DNA of 64,000 nucleotides from an uncultured Clostridium sp. (lineage in GTDB: Bacteria > Bacillota > Clostridia > TANB77 > CAG-508), in NCBI GenBank assembly GCA_946565805.1, contig CAMNWO010000012.1, positions 6,209-70,208 on the forward strand, given 5' to 3'. This document shows, in pieces, positions 1 through 10,860 of the stretch (position 1 is the stretch's first letter; every line of letters starts with the position of its first letter). The notes under the pieces are model-generated. The model was not told the DNA's origin and ran no database searches. It saw nothing but the letters and a program-made list of their open reading frames with translations. A program made the translations under genes and the position numbers.

Positions 1-94
1 TTACCATTGTTTCCTTTGAATCTTCGTCAACAATAATATAGCAATTCGTTGGATCTCCCATCCAGGTATCAATCTTTAGTTCTTTTAGTTTCAT
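1..94 (-). CDS. MBL-fold metallo-hydrolase, 5' part (runs off window start)
   Basis: ATG at 94 with GGAG RBS; translation MKLKELKIDTWMGDPTNCYIIVDEDSKETMV matches the TNCYI..D start of glyoxalase-II-like MBL hydrolases often found downstream of relA. Confidence 0.7.
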   Translation of the reverse strand, partial: MKLKELKIDTWMGDPTNCYIIVDEDSKETMV

Positions 95-119
95 TTTTTC
101 TTTCCTCCAATATGACACA

Positions 120-683
120 CTATAATCCTAATTCGTCTGCAATTTCTTTCATGGAATTTAATGCTATTTCTGCAAATTCTTCCATCTCAATCCCTAATTT
201 TTCAATGGATAACATTGCTTCTCTATTGGCTCCTGCTGCAAATCTTTTTTCTGGTATTCTTTTTAATACTGATTTAATTTTTACACTCGCTATTTTTTTA
301 TCTGGATAACATAGTGCGATTGCATTACAAAAACCGCTCATTGGATCTGCTGCATAAACAGCTTTTTGTAAGGTTGTTTTTGCTTTCACGCCAGATGCTG
401 GATTATGAGCACATATAGCATCAAACAGCACTTGGTCTTCAATTCCTTCTTTTTTTAGCATCTCTACCGCTGTTTTCCCATGTACTTCTGGATGTTCTTG
501 CCAGTTGCAATGTTCTTCATCTAAATCATGCAATAAACCTACCATTCCCCAATATTCTTCATTTTCTGGTTCTAGTTTTCTTGCTAATCCCTTCATAATA
601 GCTTCTACTGCTAAGGAATGTTTTAAGTATTTTTCACCTTTCATATATTTTTTTAATATTTCATAAGCTTGTTCTCTGTTCAT
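120..683 (-). CDS. HD/HDIG-domain metal-dependent phosphohydrolase
   Basis: KHSLAVEAIM ... GLLHDLD ... AICAH ... AADP motif set. Confidence 0.85.
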   Translation of the reverse strand: MNREQAYEILKKYMKGEKYLKHSLAVEAIMKGLARKLEPENEEYWGMVGLLHDLDEEHCNWQEHPEVHGKTAVEMLKKEGIEDQVLFDAICAHNPASGVKAKTTLQKAVYAADPMSGFCNAIALCYPDKKIASVKIKSVLKRIPEKRFAAGANREAMLSIEKLGIEMEEFAEIALNSMKEIADELGL

Positions 684-699
684 TTCTTTTCTTCCTTTC

Positions 700-849
700 T
701 GGGGACGTTTCCTTTTGCTCCTTTTGGCGCAATTAAGGAAACATCTCCACTTTACTATAAAATTGCAATATATATAATATGATATAATAATTTACCAATC
801 GAAGATGTGTCCCTATTTGCGCCAAAAGGAGCAAAAGGAAACGTCCCCA
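700..849. repeat. Inverted pair of REP-like repeat family A (700-746 and 803-849)
   Basis: GGGGACGTTTCCTTTTGCTCCTTTTGGCGCAATT...ACATCT and its reverse complement; further copies at 28264, 47256, 50937. Confidence 0.85.
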
Positions 850-856
850 ATCTCCC

Positions 857-3053
857 CTATTTCTTTCTTCTTACTTCATATACACTTTCAACTTTTCTAA
901 TTGCTTTTTGCACTTTGTTTAGTTCTTCTAAGTTTTCGATTTCTAAGGTGATATCCATAATGGCAATTCTTTCTTTGGTTGTTTTGGTATTAACTCCCTG
1001 TATTTTTGCTTTTGTGGTTCCAATTTCTTTTAAGATGTCCATTAATAATCCGCTTCTATCATTTGAGTATACTTCGATATCTACTTGATAAGATGATTGA
1101 TGCTCATTATACCATTCTACGTCTATCATTCTATTTTCTTCTGTAAATAAGTCTCCAATGTTAACACAGTCTTTTCGATGGACAGATACGCCTCTTCCTT
1201 TTGTGATGTATCCTACTATTTCATCTCCTGGTAGTGGATTACAACATTTTGATAATTTCACTAGACAGTTGTCAATTCCTTTTACAATAACTCCTGTATT
1301 AGATGGTTTTGGTTTTCTCATTCTTGCTTTTGCAAGCTCTTCTATCTTAGCTTCTATGTTTTCTTCTTCATGTTCTTTTCGATATTCTTGTAGCATTCTA
1401 GCAATTATTTTAACAGATGAATTTGCTCCAAATCCAACAGCTGCATACATCTCTTCTGGATTTTTGTATTTGTATTTATCTAACATTGGTTCTAAATATT
1501 GTGGCTTAAATAGGTCTGCATGAGAAAATCCAATTCTTTTTAATTCTTTTTCGATTAACTCTTTTCCTTTTTCGATGTTTTCTGCTTTTTGTGCTTTTTT
1601 AAACCAACTTAAAATCTTATTTTTAGCACTTGTACTTTTTACAAATTTTAGCCAATCTCTACTTGGTCCTTTTGAATTATCAGATGTAATAATTTCAACA
1701 ATGTCTCCACTTTTTAATGGTGTGATAATTGGCATCATTTTACTGTTGATTTTACAACCAGTCATGTGATGACCAATTTCTGCATGAATCGTATAAGCAA
1801 AGTCAATTGGTGTAGCATCTCTTGGTAATACTTTAATAGCTCCTTTTGGAGTAAATACATATACCTCATCTTCAAATAATTCTGTTTTCAATGTATTTAA
1901 AAACTCTTGTGGGTCTTGCATTTCTTTTTGCCATTCTAATGTTTCTCGAAGCCATGCTAATTTGTCTTCCTCTACTTTCACTGATGTTTTCTTTCCAAAA
2001 TAATTTGCTTCTTTATAGGCCCAATGAGCAGCAATACCAAATTCTGCAATCCTGTGCATATCCCATGTACGAATTTGTACTTCAAATGGTGTTCCTTTGT
2101 CTCCTAACAACGTAGTGTGGATTGATTGGTACATGTTTGGTTTTGGCACTGCTATATAGTCTTTAAATCTACCTGGCATTGGACTATACATTTCATGTAC
2201 GACACCTAATGCTGCATAACAATCTTTGATAGAGTGGACTAAAATACGTAAGGCAAATAAATCATAGATTTGGTCTAACGTTTTGTTGTCTCTTTTCATT
2301 TTTCGATAGATACTATATAAATGTTTTGCTCTTCCGTGTGACTTCTGCTTCTATTTTTTGTTTTTTTAGTTGCACACGAATGTCATCCATGATTTTTTCA
2401 ATGAATTTTAGTCTTTCCTCTCTTTTTTTGTCAATTGCTTCTACCAAGTCATGATATTCTTCTGGATTTAAATATTTAAAACCTAAGTCTTCTAATTCCC
2501 ATTTGATGGAGTATAATCCTAAACGATTCGCCAATGGAGCATATAGTTCCATAGTTTCTTTGGCATTGGCTATTTGTCTATCTCTTTTTAAATATTTTAG
2601 AGTTCTCATATTATGAAGTCTATCTGCTAATTTAATTAAGATTACTCTAATATCTTTTCCCATCGCTAAAAACATTTTTCGATAGTCTTCTACTTGTTGT
2701 TCTTCAATAGAAGCAAATTGTACAGAGCCTAATTTAGTAACACCTTCTACCATTTCCGCAATTTCAACACCAAATTCTTGTCTAATATCACCATCCGTTA
2801 CTTCCGTATCTTCTACTACGTCATGCAAAAGAGCTGCACAAATGGTACTATCATCTAGCCCAATATCTGCTAAGATATACGCAACATTAAGTGGGTGAAT
2901 AATGTAAGGTTCTCCAGAACGTCTACATTGGTCACCATGATGCCCTTTTGCATAATTAAATGCTTTCATAATTAATTTAACATCTATTTTTCTAGCATGC
3001 TGTCTTCTCTTATTAATTACATCTTGTATCATTATTTCTTTTACCTCTTGCAC
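857..3053 (-). CDS. relA: Bifunctional (p)ppGpp synthetase/hydrolase, one +1 frameshift at CGG (2336); 731 aa restored
   Basis: ORF 2313..3053 holds the HD hydrolase (HPL, LHDVVED) and ORF 857..2299 the synthetase/TGS/ACT part; junction ACA-C-GGA-AGA-GCA-AAA-CAT restores EVTGRAKHLYSIYRKM. Confidence 0.93.
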
Positions 3054-3080
3054 AACTTAAGCCTCCTTTTTTATTTAAAA

Positions 3081-4772
3081 TTACAAAGAACGCATAACAT
3101 CCTTTATATTAATTTGTAAACTCTCTACTCCATTAAAACTATTAATCTCTAGCACACCAGCCACATCAATTTTATCTCCAATGCGATATTCTTCTGCTAA
3201 ATGACCTAAATTAAATCCGATACTATTAATAATGGTGTTATTATCCTTTAATGTCAACTTCAAATGTTTTCCTTCTGACAAAGCACGAATCGAATCTATT
3301 TTCAAATTCTTGAAAGCAAATACTGGCATTCTATTTCCTTCTCCAAAAGGTTCTAATTGTTTTAAACTTTCTACCATATCTTTATTAATATCTCTTACAT
3401 CAATTTTGCTATCAACTTGAATAACTGGTATGATTTCATCAATATGTGACTCTTTTGTAATTTTTTCAAATTGTTCTTGAAATTTCGCAAAATTTTCTTT
3501 TCGTACGGTTATTCCTACTGCCATGCTATGTCCACCAAATTTTTCAATCGTGTCTATACATTGCATTAAAGCATCATGTAAATCAAATCCTGGAATACTT
3601 CTTCCCGAACCTTTTCCGATACCGTCTTCTTCAAAGCTTAACAATATACTTGGTTTAAAATACATTTCTGTAATTTTAGAAGATACAATTCCAATTACAC
3701 CATGATGCCAATTTTCTCCTCCCACTATGATGGCATTATGGTCTTCTAAATGTTCTTCTTGTATTTGTTTCACTGCATTTTCAAAAATACTTTTTTCCGT
3801 TTCTTGTCTAATGCGGTTGTGTTCATTTAACTTTTGGGTTAGCTCAGCCGCTTGATTGTAATTTTTACATAACAATAGTTCTAGAGCTTCTTCTGCTTTT
3901 CCCATCCTACCACATGCATTAATTCTAGGTGCTATCCCAAAAGAAATACTATTAGAGTCTATTTTACTATAGCCAGATGACTGGATAATGGAACGTAAAC
4001 CAATATTTTTAGTCTGACGAATTAACATTAATCCTAGTTTTGCAATCACTCTATTTTCATTTACTAATGGTACAATGTCTGATATGGTTCCTACACAAAC
4101 AATATCTAAGTATTTTAAATATTCTTCTTCTTTTAAATTTAATTTCATTCCAATGGCTTGAATTAATTTAAAAACAACACCAACTCCTGCTAATTCTCGA
4201 AAAGGATACTGGCTGTCTTTTCTTTTGTTGTCAATAACTGCTAAGGCATGTGGTAATTCGTTTCCTGGTTCATGATGGTCTGTTATAATTGTCTCAATTC
4301 CTAATGAATTGGCATAGGCAATTTCATCGATTGCTGATATTCCACAATCAACCGTTATCATCAATTGGCATCCATTATTTACAATTTTCCCAATTGCCTC
4401 TTTGTTTAATCCATAACCTTCTTCTAATCGATTTGGTATATAACTTTCTACTAATAATCCTCTATCTTGTAAAAAGCTTTTTAATACGGTTATACTGGTT
4501 ATTCCATCTACATCATAATCCCCATAAATAGTAACTTTTTCTTGTTTTTCAATTGCTTGGATAATCCTTTGAACTGCTTTTTCCATATCTGTGATTAGAA
4601 ATGGATCATGAAAGTCATTTCTAGTTGGTTCTAAGAATAATCTTATGTCTTCTTTTTCGGTTATGTTTCTGTTGACTAATATGGTTGCTAATAATTTATT
4701 TACTTGGTATTTTTCTTGTATTTTTTTGATTTTATCTTCATTTGTTTCATATATTTGCCACTTTTTATTCAT
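3081..4772 (-). CDS. recJ: ssDNA-specific exonuclease RecJ
   Basis: YGDYDVDG, TVDCG, TDHH, GSGRS, FGGH motifs. Confidence 0.95.
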   Translation of the reverse strand: MNKKWQIYETNEDKIKKIQEKYQVNKLLATILVNRNITEKEDIRLFLEPTRNDFHDPFLITDMEKAVQRIIQAIEKQEKVTIYGDYDVDGITSITVLKSFLQDRGLLVESYIPNRLEEGYGLNKEAIGKIVNNGCQLMITVDCGISAIDEIAYANSLGIETIITDHHEPGNELPHALAVIDNKRKDSQYPFRELAGVGVVFKLIQAIGMKLNLKEEEYLKYLDIVCVGTISDIVPLVNENRVIAKLGLMLIRQTKNIGLRSIIQSSGYSKIDSNSISFGIAPRINACGRMGKAEEALELLLCKNYNQAAELTQKLNEHNRIRQETEKSIFENAVKQIQEEHLEDHNAIIVGGENWHHGVIGIVSSKITEMYFKPSILLSFEEDGIGKGSGRSIPGFDLHDALMQCIDTIEKFGGHSMAVGITVRKENFAKFQEQFEKITKESHIDEIIPVIQVDSKIDVRDINKDMVESLKQLEPFGEGNRMPVFAFKNLKIDSIRALSEGKHLKLTLKDNNTIINSIGFNLGHLAEEYRIGDKIDVAGVLEINSFNGVESLQINIKDVMRSL

Positions 4773-4907
4773 TTTCCTCTCCTAATTTTTAGTTTTCCTA
4801 TATTTTATACTATTTTGTTGTTTTTTGAAACCCTTTTGACGAAATTTAACGAAAAAATACACACTTTACCTTATTTTTGGTAAGTGTGTATTTGTTGGAT
4901 AATCTAT

Positions 4908-5372
4908 TTAATACATTTTGTAAGTTCCATCTGCGTTTTTCTCTAATTTGACATTAGAATTTAGACATATTACAGGTCTTAACCCCAAAGGATTTCTAAT
5001 GTAGCTGGGTACAACATCTCCATTGTTTTTAACTGTTCCTATTGTTGTATTATCGTAGCCTATATTTGTAGAAAATGGTGATGCAATCCACATTCCATCA
5101 GCCTTTTGAGTACTGCTTATTACATATAAACTATCATTTTTATTCAACATTCCTGTGCTACCATTTTCCCATGTACCCCCTCCATTTTTGCTCACGGTGT
5201 ATCCTAGTTTACTAGTCGCATTCGTTGAATAATCTACTTTGTATTTCTGGCTATAGGGCTTCATCAACATTTCTATGGTCGACCCACCAATTGCATAGTC
5301 AGCACCGTCTCCTGCGAATCCATGCCACAACGAAGTATCTAATAAAGTGGATACATTTCTTGTATCTTTTTC
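4908..5372 (-). pseudogene. 5'-truncated C-terminal remnant of a pilin-like/surface protein
   Basis: Coding-like frame (LLDTSLWHGFAGDGADYAIGGSTIE ... GLRPVICL) extends upstream of the TTG at 5330 to a stop at 5373-5375 with no RBS or ATG; the C-terminal RPxI motif resembles the end of the pilin-like protein at 30767. Confidence 0.5.
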
Positions 5373-5421
5373 TTATATAATTTATTTATATAACTTTAAT
5401 TAAGAAAGGAATTACTAAACT

Positions 5422-5697
5422 ATGTATCAAAGTAGCAATTATAATGGTAGACTAAATGTTTCAAGCAATAAAATAAAAGAACTAAGAATGAAGAATCACT
5501 TGTCTTTATCTGGTCTTTCTACTAAATTAGCTCTTATGGGAATTGATATTTCAAAGCCTTCTCTTCACAAATTAGAAACTGGCCAAAGAGTTTTAAAAGA
5601 TTATGAATTATATGGTTTATCTCACATTTTTAAAGTTTCTATCGAAGAATTATTAGATGATTTTATTACTGAATTAAAAAATGATGATGTTGTTTAA
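5422..5697 (+). CDS. XRE-family helix-turn-helix transcriptional regulator
   Basis: KIKELRMKNHLS ... LHKLETGQR ... LSHIFKVSIEEL; AAGGA RBS. Confidence 0.85.
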   Translation: MYQSSNYNGRLNVSSNKIKELRMKNHLSLSGLSTKLALMGIDISKPSLHKLETGQRVLKDYELYGLSHIFKVSIEELLDDFITELKNDDVV

Positions 5698-5877
5698 AAT
5701 TTAAAATCAAACTATTTTATTTGTTATTTTTATCCCCTCTATTTTACTTCTATTTAAATAAAACCTTCCAAGTTGTATTTTTAACAAATTCAAAAACTTT
5801 GTCAAATTCACTTGAATTTCTTTATTTTTTAGTATAAGATAGTTAAGAAATAATGAGAGTATACATAGGAGGAAAAA

Positions 5878-6705
5878 ATGCCAAGAAAAACAAAAGAACA
5901 AAAAGAACTAGAAAATGAAAACAAAATAGAAAAAAAAGCTATCACCAAGAAAACTTCAAGTGCTAAAAAAACTACCACATCAGCAAAAAAAACATCTACT
6001 ACTAAGAAAAAAGCCCCTGCTAAAACAACTAAAAAAGAGACCACGAAAAAATCTACTGCTAAAAAAGGAACTGCTAGAAAATCTAGCACCCCAAAAAAGA
6101 CTAGAAAAAAAGTAGAAATTGTAGAATATTATGACTTACCCTATCGTTATAACCAAACAGTTGTAAAAGTTTTAGCACAAACTCCTACTAATTTATTTAT
6201 TTATTGGGATATTTCAGATAAAGATAGAAAAAACTTTGAAAAACAGTATGGAGATAATTTCTTTGAAACAACCAAGCCTATCCTAATAGTGCATAACGAT
6301 ACATTAGGTTATCACTTTGAAGTTGAAATTAATGATTTTGCTAACAGTTGGTATTTACATGTGGTTGATAGTAAATGTGATTATCGAATTGAACTTGGCA
6401 GACGTCCTATTATAAAAACAGAAAAATTAAATACAGACTACATATATGTTACCAGTTCCAATGAAATTGAAGCACCAAATGATAGAATTTTATTGGATAA
6501 AAATCAAAAAATGGTTTATTTTAAAAATGTAAAAACAGGTAATCTAACTGAAAAAACAGTTTCCTCTATTTCATTTATTCGAAACATGGGTAAAGTATAT
6601 AATATTTATGATCTGTATAAAGCAATGTATCAAGATGAAAACATAGAAGATATCTTTGATTTATCTAATCCATCTTCTGGTAACCCATCTTCAGGAAAAT
6701 TTTAA
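5878..6705 (+). CDS. DUF4912-domain protein with Lys/Thr-rich N-terminus
   Basis: DLPYRYNQT ... QTPTNLFIYWDIS ... NSWYLH ... YRIELGR; sits before a GH57 gene. Confidence 0.8.
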   Translation: MPRKTKEQKELENENKIEKKAITKKTSSAKKTTTSAKKTSTTKKKAPAKTTKKETTKKSTAKKGTARKSSTPKKTRKKVEIVEYYDLPYRYNQTVVKVLAQTPTNLFIYWDISDKDRKNFEKQYGDNFFETTKPILIVHNDTLGYHFEVEINDFANSWYLHVVDSKCDYRIELGRRPIIKTEKLNTDYIYVTSSNEIEAPNDRILLDKNQKMVYFKNVKTGNLTEKTVSSISFIRNMGKVYNIYDLYKAMYQDENIEDIFDLSNPSSGNPSSGKF

Positions 6706-6803
6706 TTACAAGGCGATTATTCTTATCAAAATTGAAATAAATTTTAAAGTGGGCTGATAGCTACCTTTTCAGCTCACATTTTTATTAACAAAGGAGAATT
6801 AAA

Positions 6804-8390
6804 ATGCAAGAAAAAAAAGGATATGTAAGTTTTGTACTTCATGCCCACCTTCCCTTTATCCATCATCCAGAAAGCGATGATTATTTAGAAGAGTCTTGGC
6901 TATATGAAGCAATTTCAGAAACCTATATTCCACTATTAACCAATTTTCAAAAATTAGTAGATGAAGGCGTCAACTTTAGAGTGACAATGTCAATGACCCC
7001 TCCTCTGCTTTCTATGTTAGATAATAAATTATTACAAAGAAAATATATTAAATATTTAAAACAACTAATTGAATTATCCAAAAAAGAAGTCAAAAGAACA
7101 GCTGGTGATGAAAGATTAAATAAGCTTTCTCATTATTACTTAGAAAGATATTCCAATGATTTACATCTATTTAAAGAAGTTTATCAATGCAATTTAATTG
7201 AAGCTTTTAAGCACTTTCAAGATATTGGTGTATTAGAAATTATTACCTGTGGAGCTACTCATGGTTACTTTCCTATTTTATATGTAAATGAAAAAACTGT
7301 AAAAGCTCAAATTGCAGTTGGTGTTCAAACTTACGAAAGATACTTTGGAAGAAAACCTCGTGGTATCTGGCTTCCAGAATGTGGATATGTTCCTGAGGCT
7401 GATAAATATTTAAAAGAATTTGGCATTGACTATATCATTACTGAATCTCATGGAATTTTATATGCTAATCCAACTCCTATCTATGGTACATTCGCTCCTA
7501 TCGTTTCTCCTGAAGGTGTTATTGCCTTTGGACGTGATATAGAATCTTCCAGACAAGTATGGAGCTCTATTAATGGTTATCCTGGAGACTATAATTATAG
7601 AGAATTTTATCGTGATATTGGTTATGAAGCTGATTATGATTATATTAAGCCTTATATTGCTCATAATGGTGTACGTGTTCACACAGGAATTAAATATTAT
7701 CGAATTACTGGTGATACTGATTTTAAAGATTACTATAACCCACAATGGGCTATGGACTCTGCCGAAAAACAAGCAGGTCATTTTTTAGACAGTAGAACTT
7801 CACAAATTGCTAATCTTTCTCAGTACATGGAAACACCGCCTATCATTTTATGCCCTTATGACGCTGAACTTTATGGACATTGGTGGTATGAAGGACCATA
7901 TTGGCTTTATATTTTATTTAAAAAGATTTACTATGATGATTGTAACTTTGAACTAATTACACCATCAGAATATATTGATAAATATCCCAACATTCAAGTT
8001 TCTTCTCCTTGTCGTTCTAGTTGGGGAGCTAATGGCTATAGTGAAGTATGGCTAAATCCAACCAATGACTATGCTCATAGACATCTACATGTTGCAGGAG
8101 ATAGAATGTGTGAACTAGCATGGACTTATCCAAATGCAAAAGGATTAAAGAAAAAAGCTTTAAACCAATGTGCTAGAGAATTGTTATTAGCACAAAGTAG
8201 TGACTGGCTATTCATTATTACAAATGGTACTATGGTGGACTATGCTAAGAAAAGAATTAAAGACCATATTGGTCGTTTTACCAAGTTATATTATCAAATA
8301 AAAGAAGACAATATCGATGAAGACTTCTTAAAGGCTATTGCTAAAAAAGATTGTGTTTTTCCAGATATTGATTACATGATTTATCACTAG
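6804..8390 (+). CDS. GH57 family 1,4-alpha-glucan branching enzyme (DUF1957 C-terminus)
   Basis: LHAHLPF, ETYIPLL, GIWLPECGY, PYDAELYGHWWYEG, LLAQSSDW. Confidence 0.92.
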   Translation: MQEKKGYVSFVLHAHLPFIHHPESDDYLEESWLYEAISETYIPLLTNFQKLVDEGVNFRVTMSMTPPLLSMLDNKLLQRKYIKYLKQLIELSKKEVKRTAGDERLNKLSHYYLERYSNDLHLFKEVYQCNLIEAFKHFQDIGVLEIITCGATHGYFPILYVNEKTVKAQIAVGVQTYERYFGRKPRGIWLPECGYVPEADKYLKEFGIDYIITESHGILYANPTPIYGTFAPIVSPEGVIAFGRDIESSRQVWSSINGYPGDYNYREFYRDIGYEADYDYIKPYIAHNGVRVHTGIKYYRITGDTDFKDYYNPQWAMDSAEKQAGHFLDSRTSQIANLSQYMETPPIILCPYDAELYGHWWYEGPYWLYILFKKIYYDDCNFELITPSEYIDKYPNIQVSSPCRSSWGANGYSEVWLNPTNDYAHRHLHVAGDRMCELAWTYPNAKGLKKKALNQCARELLLAQSSDWLFIITNGTMVDYAKKRIKDHIGRFTKLYYQIKEDNIDEDFLKAIAKKDCVFPDIDYMIYH

Positions 8391-8555
8391 AAAATGAGAC
8401 AGTAGGGGACACCTCTTTTTTTGAGACAGGGGGGGACAGGTCTTTTCTGTCTCATTTGATTTTTCATAACTAATATTTTATTAATTTAAAATGAGACAGA
8501 AAAGACCTGTCCCCCCCTGTCTCAAAAAAAGAGGTGTCCCCAACTGTCTCATTTT
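8391..8555. repeat. Long palindromic MITE/REPIN-like element, family B copy 1
   Basis: About 67-bp inverted arms (one mismatch) around an AT-rich spacer; second copy at 42025-42152. Confidence 0.9.
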
Positions 8556-8641
8556 CACCAAATTTTCCAATCCGCATACTATAATGTATAAGTTTTTGAA
8601 ATTTAGTAGATACTAGTTTTGTTGGAAAGGGGAATTTTTTT

Positions 8642-9505
8642 ATGAAGTCGCTATGTATTAAGACTAATAACGCTGATTTAATTAATTATCTACTAAACGA
8701 GTTAAAAGATATCGATTTAAAAAATATGTGTTTTTCAGAAAATGAATTTAAAATTTACAAAAACGTTATCATTCATTATTTTGGTAATGATGAACCTCTT
8801 TTTTTGTCTAAAATCGCTTCTATCTTATCCTTTTTAGTAATAGATGAATTAGAAGAAAATTTATTAAAACGATTGATTTTACAAAATTATTTTTACTTTG
8901 AAGCTGTTGAAAGAAATAAAATCCTAGCTACTTGTTTTGATATTATGGCTGATGATTTCTTCACCCTTTTTGATAAAAAATTTAAATTAATTTATCAAAT
9001 TTTCTATGAATATTTAGCCTCTCATAAATCAATTGTGTTAAACGGATTTATTAACTTTCGTCTAAAAAGTTACGTATCTTTTTTAGATGATATTCTAAAT
9101 GAAGCAGTTAACCATTTTGTAATAGAAAAAGAATATTTAGAGTTTGTCTCTCTGCTAAAACTATATATTAATTCTCAAAATTATGGCTGTGAAATGGTTC
9201 ATCTTGTCTTTTCCTCTTCCGAATCTATCTTACTAGATGAGAATAAAAATCCAATTGAAGTAGATGATGATATTTTCAAAGCAAAGTATTTAAGTGATAT
9301 TACTTTTTCTGCTAATGATTATATTTTAAATTCATTACTTACTCTTCTTCCTAGAAAAATTTATCTTCATTTGGTAGACTCTTACATGGACGAATTTATT
9401 CATACATTACAATTAGTATTTGAAAATAGAGTTCATTTATGCACAGATTGCAATATTTGTCAGTTATATAAAAAAACGAAAATTCCACATTCAGAACCTT
9501 CTTAA
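8642..9505 (+). CDS. ytxC: Putative sporulation protein YtxC
   Basis: LNGFINFRLKSY ... EKEYLEFVSLLKLYI ... LLTLLPRKIYLH ... VFENRV..C..C..C. Confidence 0.8.
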   Translation: MKSLCIKTNNADLINYLLNELKDIDLKNMCFSENEFKIYKNVIIHYFGNDEPLFLSKIASILSFLVIDELEENLLKRLILQNYFYFEAVERNKILATCFDIMADDFFTLFDKKFKLIYQIFYEYLASHKSIVLNGFINFRLKSYVSFLDDILNEAVNHFVIEKEYLEFVSLLKLYINSQNYGCEMVHLVFSSSESILLDENKNPIEVDDDIFKAKYLSDITFSANDYILNSLLTLLPRKIYLHLVDSYMDEFIHTLQLVFENRVHLCTDCNICQLYKKTKIPHSEPS

Positions 9506-9526
9506 AATTCTGATGTGGAATTTTTT
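9479..9526. terminator. Bidirectional intrinsic terminator
   Basis: AAAATTCCACAT-CAGAA...TTCTG-ATGTGGAATTTT hairpin between convergent genes. Confidence 0.7.
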
Positions 9527-9532
9527 ATTATT

Positions 9533-10261
9533 CTATTGATTAAATGAATTAACTGCTTCATATAGTCCTGGTAAAACAGCATTTACAAAGTTGTCTTCTT
9601 CTACAATTTCCCATTTTCCATCCTTTTTCTCTAAAGAAATAGAATTTTTATTGGTTACAACTTGTACTTCTTCATTTTTTAATTCTTCCATTAAATAATT
9701 TGTCATTTGTTCTTCATTTATGTTTTGTCCACTAAATGCTGCCTTTAATGCTTTTTGCATATAATTTCCAATAATAGTCTTAAAGTCTTTGTTTGTAATT
9801 TCTACTTCTACTGTTGCTTTATCTGCTTCTTCTTTTTCCTCTAAGATTTTCCATTCTAGTTTTTCAAAAAGCAATTTTTGTGCTTCTGCATTAAAATTAT
9901 CTTCTCCTTGTAACAATCCAGATAACATGTTTTGAGCATATGCTCCTGTTTTCAATTCGTTTAATGCATTTTCTACTACCTTTTTTGGCGTTTCTGGCAT
10001 CAAGAACATTCCTGCTAATACTATTACTAACGCAATTACTACAATAATAGCTCCAATGATAGCTACTTTATTGTTTTTCTTTCCTTCTTTTTCTTGTTTT
10101 TTGGTTTTGTTTTCCTTTTTATCAGCTGGTTTTTTCTCTTCTTTTTTAGCTTCTGTTGCCTTTTTTTCAACTGGCTTTTTCTCTTCTTTTTTTACTTCTT
10201 TCACCTCTTTTTCAAGTGTTTTTTTGTCTTCTGTTTTGATTTCTTTTTTATTTTCTTCCAT
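9533..10261 (-). CDS. Membrane-anchored hypothetical protein (Lys/Glu-rich N-terminus, one TM, NTF2-like C-terminal domain)
   Basis: ORF track; start moved to MEENKK after the AAGGGG RBS. Confidence 0.65.
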   Translation of the reverse strand: MEENKKEIKTEDKKTLEKEVKEVKKEEKKPVEKKATEAKKEEKKPADKKENKTKKQEKEGKKNNKVAIIGAIIVVIALVIVLAGMFLMPETPKKVVENALNELKTGAYAQNMLSGLLQGEDNFNAEAQKLLFEKLEWKILEEKEEADKATVEVEITNKDFKTIIGNYMQKALKAAFSGQNINEEQMTNYLMEELKNEEVQVVTNKNSISLEKKDGKWEIVEEDNFVNAVLPGLYEAVNSFNQ

Positions 10262-10345
10262 TTTTATTCCCCTTCCTTGATTGGCTTTTCTATGGTGATT
10301 ATATCTTAACAAAATATATTTTGCAACATTTTTAGACAAATTTAT

Positions 10346-10786
10346 CTAAATTCCATCTTTTCCTACTTCTAGCACATTATTACAACTTTCTATAAAAAAC
10401 ATAAGGGCTCCAATTAGTGCTATTGTAATAAAAATGTAAAAACCTATATATCCTATTTTTAAAGAAAGTCCTGTGAAATAACAAACCCATTTTATTAGTG
10501 TAGCATGCACAGATGCCATTCCTTCTTGGTAACTGTTGGTTTTTGCCATAACAAAATTATCACTTGGTACAAAATATAATTCTGATAATTTATATATTTC
10601 ATTTATTTCTGGATATTCTAAACCAATTTCCCATTTCTTTACCTTTTTTTCATCTACTGTCAATCCCAGCTTTTGCAACTCTTCTACAATATGAATATAA
10701 GTCCAATTTTTTTCTTCTCTTAAGTCTTTTAGCAATTGTTCTAATGTTCTTTTTTCTACTTTCAATTCCTCTTTTGCATTTTTCAT
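10346..10786 (-). CDS. XRE-type HTH protein with C-terminal transmembrane segment
   Basis: LKDLREEKNWT ... KKWEIGLEYPEINEIYKLSELY; hydrophobic C-terminus. Confidence 0.75.
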   Translation of the reverse strand: MKNAKEELKVEKRTLEQLLKDLREEKNWTYIHIVEELQKLGLTVDEKKVKKWEIGLEYPEINEIYKLSELYFVPSDNFVMAKTNSYQEGMASVHATLIKWVCYFTGLSLKIGYIGFYIFITIALIGALMFFIESCNNVLEVGKDGI

Positions 10787-10860
10787 TTTAATTTTCTCCC
10801 TTTTTCTTTATTATAGCAATAGAAAAAAAGTATTGCAATATGCACAATACTTTTTCTCTA

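Noticed and set aside
807-1088. Plus-strand ORFs starting APKGAK.NVPN (also 50941..51132)
   Set aside because: They are translations of repeat family A running antisense into real genes.
4908-5372. Diversity-generating retroelement template or target
   Set aside because: No reverse transcriptase and no adenine-variant repeat pair in the window.
5878-6120. Lys/Thr/Ala-rich low-complexity tract as a DNA repeat element
   Set aside because: It is a protein-level low-complexity N-terminus of the DUF4912 gene.
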